This document shows, piece after piece, positions 51,229 through 60,756 of a stretch of 64,000 nucleotides of DNA. Source of the DNA: an uncultured Acidimicrobiales bacterium (GTDB lineage: Bacteria; Actinomycetota; Acidimicrobiia; Acidimicrobiales; UBA10347); contig CALSSD010000008.1 in the NCBI GenBank assembly GCA_943788915.1, positions 124,001 through 188,000 of the forward strand. The letters are read 5' to 3'. Position 1 is the stretch's first letter. Every line of letters begins with the position of its first letter. The translations under genes were made by a program, and so were the position numbers. Under the pieces are notes generated by a model. It was given only the letters and a program-made list of their open reading frames with translations. It was not told the origin of the DNA and ran no database searches.

Positions 51229-51961
51229 GTGACTCCTCTGCCCTACCTTGACCATGTCGCTGCCGACAGCGCCCACTTCGCCAGTTCTAGCGCTGGCAAT
51301 CTCGACAAGACAGTCGATCATCTTGGTTGGTCGGTCCGTGAACTCGTGGCCCATCTCGGTGGCGTCTACGCCATGGTCACTGCCAATGTGGACAACCCAA
51401 CCGACCACCCCTGAGCGAGCTGGCGACGAGGCCAACGCTCCCGACGGCGATGCCATCAACGACTGGTTCGCCGAACGACGCACCAGCATGCTCGCTGCGC
51501 TCAGTCACGCGCACGCAGATGCACCCGCCTGGACCTTCACTGGCGCCCAGACCGCTGGTTGGTGGATGCGGCGTATGGCCAGCGAAACAGCCGTGCACCG
51601 TTGGGATGCTGAAGCTGCCCTGCGTCCCATCGCCGAAGTCACGCCGATCGACGGTGACCTGGCCACCGATGCCATCGACGAATACCTGGCGGTCAGCCTC
51701 CGGTTCTCCTCGAGTCGACCAGATCGCGTGTATCCCGACCAGTCGCTCCACCTCCATCGTGGCGACGGCCCCGGAGAATGGATGCTCGTGGCCGATAGCA
51801 ACGGCGAGCTGCGTGTGACCCACGAACATGGCAAGGGTGATGCCGCGGTCCGTGGACCAGCCTCTGAACTCTTGTTGTGGGTGTGGGGCCGGCCCACTCA
51901 TGATCTGCAAATCTTCGGCGACGAAGCTGTCGCCGCTGCCTGGCGGGCCCTCGCCCCCTAG
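51229..51961 (+). CDS. Maleylpyruvate isomerase (MDMPI) family protein; frameshift near 51410
   Basis: GWSVRELVAHLG in one frame; WWMRRMASETAVHRWD and LLLWVWGR in another. Confidence 0.85.
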
Positions 51962-52196
51962 GACCGGGCGAGCCAGTCCCAGTTGCCACCAACAACGCCT
52001 GTCACCATGTCCGACGAACTCCGGTGACGCAGAGCTTGTCGGGATCGCCGAGGCGAAAGGCCGTCGATAGCGTTTCGGCAAGGAACGAGCTGAAAGGCGG
52101 ACTTCCCCCGAGCGGAGCGGTGCGACGCGGCAAAACAGCAAAATGGCAGTGACGTGTCGGGGGTACCGAGGCCACTGCCATTTGCCGATAATCGTG

Positions 52197-52229
52197 CTAC
52201 GGATTCAGCGCAATGTGCTGAATCCGTAG
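52197..52229 (-). terminator. Hairpin downstream of glnII
   Basis: ctacggattcagc/gctgaatccgtag; a second hairpin lies near 52141-52183. Confidence 0.6.
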
Positions 52230-52247
52230 TTCAGGACGTAGTAACCG

Positions 52248-53264
52248 TTAGGCGAGTGCAGCGCCAACAGTGTTCGTGATGAGTGCAGCAACGGTGTACG
52301 GATCAGCGTTCGCCATCGGGCGACGATCCTCGAGGTAACCCTTCTTGTCGACAGCGCACTGCCACGGGATACGGATCGAAGCGCCACGGTCAGAGGTGCC
52401 ATAGCGGAACTCTGACCAGTGAGCAGTTTCGTGAGCGCCTGTGAGGCGGTCTTCCTTGCCCTGGCCGTAGCCAGCAAGGTGTTCTTCAGGTTTGCCGGGT
52501 GCACCCATTGCTTCGGCGGCAGCGATGAGTGGCTCCCAGCCTTCGCGCATGGCTTTGGTGGAGAAGTTGGTGTGCATGCCAGCGCCGTTCCAGTCACCCT
52601 TCATTGGCTTGGCCGCGATCGACGCGATCACGTCGTACTTCTCGCTCAGCACGTCGAGGAGGTAACGAGCGATCCACAGGTGGTCGCCAACCTCGACGGT
52701 GCCTGCTGGGCCAATCTGGAATTCCCACTGGCCAGGCATGACCTCGGCATTGGTTCCGCTGATCTTGATACCAGCTTCCATACATGCTGTGGTGTGTTCC
52801 TCGACCAGGTCGCGGTAGGCGACTCGGCCGGTACCCACGCCGCAGTAGTACGGCCCTTGAGGACCGGGGAATGCTCCGTCATCGGGGAAACCTGCTGGCC
52901 AGCCGTTGCGCTTAAGCAAGGTGTATTCCTGCTCAAGACCGAACCACATCTCCTGCTCAAAGCCATAGGCCTCGGCGGCAGCTACTGCTGCGACACGGGT
53001 GTTGGTTGGTAGCGGTGACATGTCGTCAGGTGCGTAGGTGTCACACATGATGAGAATGTCATTACCGCCGCGCAGTGGGTCGGGGCACGAGAACTGTGGT
53101 TTGAGCACCACGTCGGAGTTCTCGCCCGGCGCCTGGTTAGTGCTGGAGCCGTCGTAGCCCCAGATTCCAGGCTCCTTGCCGTCTTCGAGGACCCTCGTCT
53201 TTGAACGGAGGCCTGGGTACGGGTCCTCAGCGCCATCGATCCAGATGTATTCTGCGCGGTACAT
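52248..53264 (-). CDS. glnII: Glutamine synthetase type II
   Basis: 338 aa; AEYIWIDG, DGSSTNQA, GPQGPYYCG, NAEVMPGQWEFQIG, DWNGAGMH, RLTGAHET, GYLEDRRP. Confidence 0.95.
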   Translation of the reverse strand: MYRAEYIWIDGAEDPYPGLRSKTRVLEDGKEPGIWGYDGSSTNQAPGENSDVVLKPQFSCPDPLRGGNDILIMCDTYAPDDMSPLPTNTRVAAVAAAEAYGFEQEMWFGLEQEYTLLKRNGWPAGFPDDGAFPGPQGPYYCGVGTGRVAYRDLVEEHTTACMEAGIKISGTNAEVMPGQWEFQIGPAGTVEVGDHLWIARYLLDVLSEKYDVIASIAAKPMKGDWNGAGMHTNFSTKAMREGWEPLIAAAEAMGAPGKPEEHLAGYGQGKEDRLTGAHETAHWSEFRYGTSDRGASIRIPWQCAVDKKGYLEDRRPMANADPYTVAALITNTVGAALA

Positions 53265-53340
53265 AGTGTCTCCCTATCGAGTCCGGTGTGCGCGCTCGCG
53301 ACATGTCGTGCAACGCAAGTTCGTACTCTAGGGACCTTAT

Positions 53341-53357
53341 GTGAACACCGTGTTACA
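53341..53357. promoter_or_regulatory. GlnR box
   Basis: Minus strand reads TGTAAC-ACGGTG-TTCAC (AC-N9-AC pattern); lies between divergent glnII and glnR. Confidence 0.7.
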
Positions 53358-53422
53358 GCATGTCCCCCAGACCGTTTCGGGCGGCGACTGACCACAAACC
53401 CTCGGGTAGGGTCGTCCTCGTT

Positions 53423-54103
53423 GTGAAACCTTTGCTCGTATACCCGTCTCCTGTGCCGGCAGAGCTGGCTCAAGCGCTGGATATGGCTGGGCGCGAGTAT
53501 GTTGCCATTCCGACCGAATCGGCTGCGGTAACCCAAGCACCGGTCGACGGTTGGGCCGGAGCAGTCGTTGCTGCCGATATCAATGCGGACGGCGCATGGT
53601 CCATGTGCCGGGCGTTGCGTAAGGCCGAAGAGCCGTTGCCGCTGGTGCTGCTGATCAACGGCCGTCAACTCGACGATCTGACCGACCGTGACGACCTGTT
53701 CGACGATTTCTGCATTACGCCGTTCCATCCCCGTGAGCTTGATCGGCGAATCACCCACGCACTTTCTGCGTCTGGTTCCGGTGACAGCACCGGGCAGATA
53801 ATCACGTACGAGGACCTCGTGCTGAACGTAGACACGTATCAGGCTGCCGTTGGTGGAAACTCGCTCGACCTGACACACATGGAGTATGAACTCTTAAAGT
53901 TTCTCGCCTCCAGCCCTGGCCGGGTGTTCACTCGCGAAGTCCTACTCAGCCGAGTATGGGGATATGACTACTTCGGTGGCGCACGCACCGTCGACGTCCA
54001 TGTACGTCGGCTGCGGTCAAAACTTGGTGACCAACATGCGTCGATGATCCAGACCGTTCGGTCTGTCGGTTACAGCCTTGGCACCTCGAGCTGGAACGGC
54101 TGA
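53423..54103 (+). CDS. glnR: GlnR-like orphan OmpR-family regulator
   Basis: wHTH LTHMEYELLKFL...VWGYDYFGGARTVDVHVRRLR; atypical receiver; no adjacent kinase. Confidence 0.8.
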   Translation: MKPLLVYPSPVPAELAQALDMAGREYVAIPTESAAVTQAPVDGWAGAVVAADINADGAWSMCRALRKAEEPLPLVLLINGRQLDDLTDRDDLFDDFCITPFHPRELDRRITHALSASGSGDSTGQIITYEDLVLNVDTYQAAVGGNSLDLTHMEYELLKFLASSPGRVFTREVLLSRVWGYDYFGGARTVDVHVRRLRSKLGDQHASMIQTVRSVGYSLGTSSWNG

Positions 54104-54496
54104 CAAGGTGCTGCGATAGCGGCGACGTTCTCGAGTCCGTGCTGCTACGTGCCCCGTACTGGCCCGTCTCCCATCTCACTCACGACGTGCCCGCCGCCTC
54201 CCGCGCTCTTGCGCCCGGATTTCTTAACCATCGTGCACTGCGTATCTCCGGTAGTTGTCTCCGGTAGCGACCGGCGTACCTGGGTCCCTCCATCTCTATG
54301 TTCTTCGGTGACCACTACGCGCTGGACTGGTTCTCCGCATAGGAAGCCCAGTGATACACGAGTTTCACGACCACCAGATATCCCCAGGCACGCCCCAGTG
54401 CTTCGGGCTGTTGTCCAAGCTGGTTGGGCTCGAAACCAGGTTCGCGCCCACCGAGGAGAAGTAGGCGAGAAATCAAACGGTGTGTTGTATGGCTGA

Positions 54497-54751
54497 GTCG
54501 ACGCGGTGGCCGTCGTGGCCGTCGTGGTCGTCTCGCACTATCTTGCGCTCGGTGAACTACGAGAAGTGTTGCTCATTCTCACCAGTGCCGTTCTACAAAC
54601 CATGTTGTCACTCATGGCAGACTGAACCATCGACGCACTGATCACCACCCAGGTGATCGCTATGTCTATTCTGCTTGTCGCCGTCTTCGCAAGCCATCTC
54701 GTGCGTGTCGTTCGCCCGCATGACACACGAGTCCAGGGAGCCACCATATGA
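54497..54751 (+). pseudogene. 3' remnant of a polytopic membrane gene (flippase-like) with an in-frame TGA
   Basis: Reads AVVAVVVVSHYLALG...MAD*TIDALITTQVIAMSILLVAVF; ATGA overlap with the following GT. Confidence 0.45.
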
Positions 54752-55587
54752 CCAGCGATCTTCCTGCGTACCGCGAGTGGGCTGAGAACCCGACCAGCGA
54801 ACCGGTTGCCTACTCAGTCATCATTCCTGCATACAACGAGGCAATACGCATCTTGCCCACGGTTGCGGCCATCGCTGTGCACATAAGCTCACTTGGCAAG
54901 TCGTGGGAACTCATTGTGGCCGACGATGGGTCCACCGATAACACCGTCGAACTCCTCGACGGCCTCAACCTGGCCAATCTCCATGTCCTGCGAGCCAAAA
55001 CAAACGGAGGCAAAGGCAGCGCTGTCCGCCGGGGTGTGCTCGCCGCTCGAGGTGAAGTGATCCTGTTCGCCGATGCTGATCAATCGACATCCATTGAACA
55101 CTTCGGTGACCTGCTGGTCGAGATCGACCGCGGAAACGATGTCGCGATTGGATCGCGCTCTGTCGAAGGCGCCACGGTGGCAAACAAGTCACTCGTCCGC
55201 AAGGTTTTGAGCTCGGGTCTCAACTTGATGGTTCGATTCGGGTTTGGCGTGCCTTTCGCCGATACCCAATGCGGCTTCAAGATGTTCACACGCGATGCTG
55301 CCGAGCAGCTTTTCCGCCACCAACTGATCAACGAGTTCTCATTCGACCTCGAAATCTTGTATCTGGCCAAGAAGTTCGAACTGAAGGTTGCCGAGGTCCC
55401 CGTCGAATGGATCGACGCTCCAGGCTCTACTGTCGACCCGACCAAGGTGGCGATTGGATTCGTCCGAGACATGGCGCAAATCAAATGGTTTGATGTGCGA
55501 GGGCGTTATTCCACCATCAATCATCCGCCGTCCGAAGACGAGTCGATTGCTGACCCGGCACCAGAAACACCACAGGCATGGCCGTAA
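54748..55587 (+). CDS. Polyprenyl-phosphate glycosyltransferase (DPG-synthase-like GT2)
   Basis: SVIIPAYNE, DDGSTD, GKGSAVRRG, FADAD, DTQCGFK. Confidence 0.9.
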   Translation: MTSDLPAYREWAENPTSEPVAYSVIIPAYNEAIRILPTVAAIAVHISSLGKSWELIVADDGSTDNTVELLDGLNLANLHVLRAKTNGGKGSAVRRGVLAARGEVILFADADQSTSIEHFGDLLVEIDRGNDVAIGSRSVEGATVANKSLVRKVLSSGLNLMVRFGFGVPFADTQCGFKMFTRDAAEQLFRHQLINEFSFDLEILYLAKKFELKVAEVPVEWIDAPGSTVDPTKVAIGFVRDMAQIKWFDVRGRYSTINHPPSEDESIADPAPETPQAWP

Positions 55588-55721
55588 TGGGCATCACCAC
55601 GACCTCCGCCCACAACACGCTTGATCCCTAGATCCCCCTATCCCCGCCACGAACCGACGAGCTCGACTGGACTAGTGCGCCGGATGCCTGAATGAGCCGG
55701 AGCACCGTGTGCCCGACGGCT

Positions 55722-56360
55722 CTATTCGTCGAGATTGCCTCCGCCAGGAGCCCACAATGTGGCCTTGGTATCGGCTTCGTAACGTTCGGCGAGCACCTCG
55801 ACTGGGGCATCGATCGCGGCATGATCACGAAGCATCTCGACACCTGACGGCAGTGCCTCGGCTTCGAGCCAGCTTTCTGGTTCCCACAGGCTGGCCCGAC
55901 GAAATGCTTTGGCGCAATGCATGTAAGCCTCGTCGACAGTCACCGCAACAACGACCTTGGCGGGTTTGTCGCCAAGCGAGAAAGACTCACACAAGTCGCT
56001 ATCGGTCAACAACGCAGCAGTGCCATTGATCCGCAGCGTTTCGTTCAAGCCTGGAATCATGAAAAGCATGGCCACGCTCGGATTCGCCACCAGATTCTCG
56101 AATGAGTCCAACCGGTTGTTGCCCGACGAGTCCGCCCACGCCACTCGGCCGCCATCGATCTCTCGGGCGAAGCCTGGTTCGCCACCCTTGGGAGAACCGT
56201 CGACCGTGCCGTTGGCGTCGGCCGTCGAGAGCACCATGAACGGTGACTTCGCCAGAAAGTCGCGACAGTGATGATCCAGCTCGTGGATGACCTTGTCGAC
56301 GGCACCACCACGGGCCTCTCGGTAGATCATGCGAAGGTCGTCTCGAGAAGTCAGCACCAT
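55722..56360 (-). CDS. Pyridoxamine 5'-phosphate oxidase-like FMN-binding protein (MSMEG_1061 type)
   Basis: DGSPKGG, GNNRLDS, ETLRING, YMHCAKA. Confidence 0.88.
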   Translation of the reverse strand: MVLTSRDDLRMIYREARGGAVDKVIHELDHHCRDFLAKSPFMVLSTADANGTVDGSPKGGEPGFAREIDGGRVAWADSSGNNRLDSFENLVANPSVAMLFMIPGLNETLRINGTAALLTDSDLCESFSLGDKPAKVVVAVTVDEAYMHCAKAFRRASLWEPESWLEAEALPSGVEMLRDHAAIDAPVEVLAERYEADTKATLWAPGGGNLDE

Positions 56361-56461
56361 GACGCCATCGTAGGATCCCGAATCTCCAAGCGCCAGACCG
56401 CATAGACGCGGCGGGCCCGGACGGCTGGAAATCAAGCGCTCGCTGGGGTAGACAAGACTGC

Positions 56462-56911
56462 ATGGCGAGCAGGGCAGAAACGGCGGAAACGGTCGAAGAT
56501 TATCTGAGTGGACTTCCCGACGATCGCCGGGTCGCAATCGCCGAAGTGCGCGACACCATCGTGGCCAACCTTCCCGACGGAATTGTCGAAACAATGGCGT
56601 GGGGCATGATCGCGTACCAGGTCCCGCTCGAGGTCTTTCCCGACACCTACAACAAGAAGCCACTTCTCTATGCCGCGTTGGCATCGCAGAAGAACTACAT
56701 GGCCGTGTATCTGCATTCGATCTATATGAACGAAGGCCAGGCCGAATGGTTTAAGGATGCGTATATCGAGACCGGCAAGAGGCTCGATATGGGCAAGTCG
56801 TGTGTCCGCTTCAAGACGATCGACCAGCTGCCCGTGGACCTCATCGGCCAAGCGATAGCCAAGGTCACCCTCGACGAATTCCTCGGCTACTACCGCGCCG
56901 TCAAGGGCTAA
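56462..56911 (+). CDS. DUF1801 (YdhG-like) protein
   Basis: ALASQKNYMAVY and DMGKSCVRFK. Confidence 0.85.
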   Translation: MASRAETAETVEDYLSGLPDDRRVAIAEVRDTIVANLPDGIVETMAWGMIAYQVPLEVFPDTYNKKPLLYAALASQKNYMAVYLHSIYMNEGQAEWFKDAYIETGKRLDMGKSCVRFKTIDQLPVDLIGQAIAKVTLDEFLGYYRAVKG

Positions 56912-56925
56912 CTCATCACCACAAA

Positions 56926-56961
56926 CGAAAAGTTATGTTCCCCTGGGGACGTAACTTTTCG
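56926..56961. terminator. Bidirectional hairpin between convergent genes
   Basis: cgaaaagttatgttccc/gggacgtaacttttcg. Confidence 0.6.
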
Positions 56962-56968
56962 AGTCGCA

Positions 56969-57670
56969 TCATTTTGCGCGGTCGACCAGCCACCGGAAGA
57001 GTGGATCGGTTGCAGCGGTTGCCAACATCTCCGGGTGCCACTGCACCGCAACAAGAGGCAGGTCGATGTGCTCGACACCCTCGATGCCGCCGTCGTCGGT
57101 CGTGGCAGTAACTCGCAAGCCATGCCCGACCTGGTCGATGCTCTGATGGTGAAGCGAGTTGACCGACTTGTTTGGGCCGTAGAGCTCCGCCAAAACAGAG
57201 TTCGCCTCGATCGCAACAACATGCTGTTCGACCGAACCAGGCTCGTCGACGAAGGCGTGTTCGGGCACGTGTTGATGCAGCGTTCCACCGGCATGCACAT
57301 TGACGAGCTGGAGACCTCGGCAGATACCAAGCATGGGCAACGCTCGTTCGAAAGCACAATCGAGAAGGGCTAGCTCATAGGCATCACGGGTCGGTTCTGG
57401 CACGTGAGTATCCGGACCAAGCTCGGCGCCGTAACGATCAGGAGCGATGTCGTCGCCGCCGGTCATGAGCAAGCCATCGAGCTTCTCCACCACATCGACC
57501 GGGCCAAGATCAAGCGGCAAGAACACCGGGATTCCGCCTGCAGCGATCACCGCTTGGGAGTAGTCGGCGTAGAAGATATCGATAGGTGAGTCACCAAGCA
57601 CATCGAGATTGCGGGCGATATCGCGGCCGTACACCCGGCCACCAGTGAGTCCAATCAGAGGGCGTGGCAT
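56969..57670 (-). CDS. Gamma-glutamyl-GABA hydrolase family (peptidase C26, PuuD-like)
   Basis: LDGLLMTGG, LGICRGLQ, VNSLHHQ, AVQWHPE. Confidence 0.92.
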   Translation of the reverse strand: MPRPLIGLTGGRVYGRDIARNLDVLGDSPIDIFYADYSQAVIAAGGIPVFLPLDLGPVDVVEKLDGLLMTGGDDIAPDRYGAELGPDTHVPEPTRDAYELALLDCAFERALPMLGICRGLQLVNVHAGGTLHQHVPEHAFVDEPGSVEQHVVAIEANSVLAELYGPNKSVNSLHHQSIDQVGHGLRVTATTDDGGIEGVEHIDLPLVAVQWHPEMLATAATDPLFRWLVDRAK

Positions 57671-58043
57671 GCCGGCAACTCTACGGTTTGTGTTCCACCC
57701 TGCCTCTTGTCCGAAGCCCCACGACCCGGAGGTGCAACATCATCCGCGGCAGGCGAGACACCCGGACCGACAACCGACATCCTGCCTCCGGTCGAGACAC
57801 CGGCGCCGCCGCCGCCCGGCACAACTCGTACCGGCGCGGGCTCGCCGATCGATCGGGTACTCGAGCAGGATCCAGGGGTCGGGCTCACCGCGTTGTTCGC
57901 TCCTGAACATGGCCTGTTCGGGCCGCACCTCTCTGACACAGGGTGACCCGGCGGCAGCAATTCTGGAGTCTTTCGTCGCCGATCACGTTGCCTTCGAAAA
58001 CATCTCGGCAGATGTGCTGCTCGACCCCACTGGCTAGTGGCAA

Positions 58044-58700
58044 CTACATCGCGGTCAGTTGCCGGAAGATCCCCGTCTGCGATTGGTCAGCTACAGGGAG
58101 CGAAGCCGGGATTTGATCGGCAAGAGCAAGCGCCAAGATCAGTGATCCGTTGTCGCCGTGACCGGCCTCGAACTTCGTGTAGTTATCAAGCACGTCGCGA
58201 CGCAGTCGGATTCGGACCACTGTTGGATCCTCGAGTGACGAACACTTCGATGGGTCAGAACTGACGAGATACTCCCGACAGGCCATCGGACGTGCGTCTC
58301 GCACGCTGCACACACCATCTTCGAGTAACGGACACATCACTCGGTTGGCGAAATAACTCTGGGCCACATCTTCGCGTTGGGTGCTCGCTACATCACTCAG
58401 GCTCGTGCGGGTGAACCCCAACGAACGCAACTCTGCCGCGGCACCTTCGATTCGGCGTTCGACCGCGTTGCGCGTCGGTTCTTCCATTTCGGCGATGGCA
58501 TCGCGGATCGAACGTAACTCGGCCGGGCCAACCGGCACGGCTTGATGACAACACACGGTGCACCTGGCCCGACAGGCCACAGTGTTTCCCGCTGCACTTG
58601 TCATCAAGTCTTGCTGGTCAGCATCGATCAGATCCTGAGCAAGCGACAAGACATCGTCGATGCTGGTAACCGTTTTCGTGGGGGTTCTCGTAAGCGGCAC
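58044..58700 (-). CDS. YkgJ-family cysteine-cluster protein
   Basis: CRARCTVCC, CPLLEDGVCSV, RPMACREY. Confidence 0.88.
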   Translation of the reverse strand: MPLTRTPTKTVTSIDDVLSLAQDLIDADQQDLMTSAAGNTVACRARCTVCCHQAVPVGPAELRSIRDAIAEMEEPTRNAVERRIEGAAAELRSLGFTRTSLSDVASTQREDVAQSYFANRVMCPLLEDGVCSVRDARPMACREYLVSSDPSKCSSLEDPTVVRIRLRRDVLDNYTKFEAGHGDNGSLILALALADQIPASLPVADQSQTGIFRQLTAM

Positions 58701-58715
58701 AGCGATGTCGTCGGC

Positions 58716-59003
58716 CTAAACGCCCTTCTCTACCTTCCAGCTGTACTCCCCATTGCCCTTCTTCTTCCCCTTGGAATCATTCTCGGTGTAGCTGAAGTCG
58801 ACCTTGCCGACATAGAACATCGAGAAACCAGGCTGAAAGTTCACATCGGCGAAACCCGCAACGTCATCGCCGCTGTCAACCTCCTCCAGCGCATTGGCAA
58901 GCTCCTGGAGCGCCGCTGCGACCCGAGGGCTGGCGTGATAGTCATCGCCAGCTTCAACACTGATGCGAAGTTCGTCTTTTGCAATGGGGGCATCGTTTGT
59001 CAT
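58716..59003 (-). CDS. 95-aa hypothetical protein with acidic leader-like N-terminus and Hcp-like C-terminus
   Basis: Host-like codon usage; 15 nt upstream of the YkgJ gene. Confidence 0.75.
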   Translation of the reverse strand: MTNDAPIAKDELRISVEAGDDYHASPRVAAALQELANALEEVDSGDDVAGFADVNFQPGFSMFYVGKVDFSYTENDSKGKKKGNGEYSWKVEKGV

Positions 59004-59081
59004 GTTCACGGGACGCATGACAGAGCGATTCGTTACAAGCGAAGTGTGTCTTCTTCAACGACGCCAACTACAACAGGGTGT

Positions 59082-60248
59082 ATGAATCGCGATCATGAAG
59101 ACCTGGACGTCATCCGAGCCGAGGTCCGCCGCCTGTGCGACAAGTACGGCAACGAGTACTGGCGCAGCCTGGAGCCGAGCACGTACCCCGAAGAATTCGT
59201 GCGTGAACTCACCACCCAGGGATGGCTCGGTGCACTGATTCCTACCGAATATGGCGGTGGAAGCCTGAGCCTTGGCGGGGCGTCGGTGATCCTTGAAGAG
59301 ATCTCGGCCAGCGGTGGCAATCCCAGTGCATGCCATGCACAGATGTATGTGATGGGCACGCTGCTTCGCCACGGCAGCGATGAACAGAAGCAGAAGTATC
59401 TGCCCAAGGTCGCCGACGGCACCTTTCGACTGCAGGCCTTTGGTGTCACCGAGCCGACCGCCGGTTCGAACACCACCATGATCAAGACCAAAGCCGAGCG
59501 CGACGGTGATATCTACAAGATCAACGGTCAGAAGATCTGGACATCCCGGGCCGAGTACTCAGATCTGATGGTGTTACTTGCTCGCACCACACCCGTTGAC
59601 GACGTTGGTGACCGACTGAGCGGCCTGTCCACGTTCTTGGTCGAGATGCGCAAACCCGACGGCTCGCTGATCGATGGTCTCACCATCAATCCGATCGAGA
59701 CGATGATGAACCACTCGACCACCGAGGTGTTCTTCGACAATGTCGAGATCCCCGCTAGCGCATTGATTGGCGAAGAAGGCAACGGCTTCCGTCAGATCCT
59801 TGGCGGCATGAACGCCGAGCGCATTCTGATCGCTAGCGAGTGCATCGGCGATGGCAAATTCTTCCTGGAGCGTGCGTCGGCGTATGCCAACGAGCGGGTG
59901 GTATTCGACCGCCCAATCGGCATGAACCAGGGTGTGCAGTTCCCGCTGGCCAAGGCCCAGATCCATCTCGAAGCCGCAGACCTCATGCGATGGAAGGCCT
60001 GCGACCTCTTCGACGCCGGTGAGTCCTGCGGGCCCGAAGCCAACATGTCCAAGTTCCTAGCCAGCAATGCTTCGTGGGAAGCCGGCAACGCTGCCCTCGA
60101 CACCCATGGCGGTTTCGGCTTCGCGGCCGAGTACGACATCGAGCGCAAACTCCGCGAGACCCGGCTCTACCAAGTAGCGCCGATCAACAACAATCTGATC
60201 CTGGCGTTCGTCGCCCAAAAGCGCCTGGGCCTCCCCAAGAGTTACTAG
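59082..60248 (+). CDS. Acyl-CoA dehydrogenase
   Basis: IPTEYGG, FGVTEPTAGS, INGQKIWTS, MNAERI, HGGFGFAAEYDIER. Confidence 0.95.
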   Translation: MNRDHEDLDVIRAEVRRLCDKYGNEYWRSLEPSTYPEEFVRELTTQGWLGALIPTEYGGGSLSLGGASVILEEISASGGNPSACHAQMYVMGTLLRHGSDEQKQKYLPKVADGTFRLQAFGVTEPTAGSNTTMIKTKAERDGDIYKINGQKIWTSRAEYSDLMVLLARTTPVDDVGDRLSGLSTFLVEMRKPDGSLIDGLTINPIETMMNHSTTEVFFDNVEIPASALIGEEGNGFRQILGGMNAERILIASECIGDGKFFLERASAYANERVVFDRPIGMNQGVQFPLAKAQIHLEAADLMRWKACDLFDAGESCGPEANMSKFLASNASWEAGNAALDTHGGFGFAAEYDIERKLRETRLYQVAPINNNLILAFVAQKRLGLPKSY

Positions 60249-60330
60249 CGCGAGATGCAGAAGGGGCGTGTACTCCCACGCCCCTTTGCGTCAGGATCTT
60301 GGCGTTGCGGTCTCATCGCTAGGCTGTGGC

Positions 60331-60609
60331 ATGGCGATTCTTACTGGTGACATCCTTGCTCTGAACCGTATTGAGACCACGTTTCACGCGGTTGGGTCCG
60401 ATGTCATGGTCCGGCTCGGGCGAAAGGTGATCGCCACCGGCAAGGTGACCGACAACGACGACTTCTCGATCGAGTTGCCCGACGATGTAGCCGGCGAACT
60501 CGAGATCCAGCTTGGTATGCACAATGCCGCGCCAACACTCGTGGACTATCACGGTCAAGACCTGCATGTCACCTTGCTCTACAGCAATGTGAACAACTAC
60601 TTCGCCTAG
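60331..60609 (+). CDS. Hypothetical beta-rich protein
   Basis: Clean 92-aa ORF with host-like codon usage. Confidence 0.6.
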   Translation: MAILTGDILALNRIETTFHAVGSDVMVRLGRKVIATGKVTDNDDFSIELPDDVAGELEIQLGMHNAAPTLVDYHGQDLHVTLLYSNVNNYFA

Positions 60610-60756
60610 GCAACCGACATGGCAAAGGTCATTGGCGAAGTCGCTCGTCTGAACCCCCTAAACATCATCCAGCACGCGCACACCGCACTCGTGCTTGTGA
60701 TCCAGGATCGTAAACCGCTGGCATTCGGCGAGTGAGCGTTGCCACCGGCGTGGTGG

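Noticed and set aside
51229..51961. Sec read-through at the TGA ending 51414
   Set aside because: The continuation of the protein is in a different frame, so this is a frameshift.
51962..52140. Structured RNA between MDMPI and glnII
   Set aside because: Only short GC stems with GAAA loops; I cannot distinguish them from background.
54602..54751. Selenoprotein via the in-frame TGA at 54623
   Set aside because: Hydrophobic membrane context with no redox motif or evident SECIS; better explained as a nonsense change in a gene remnant.
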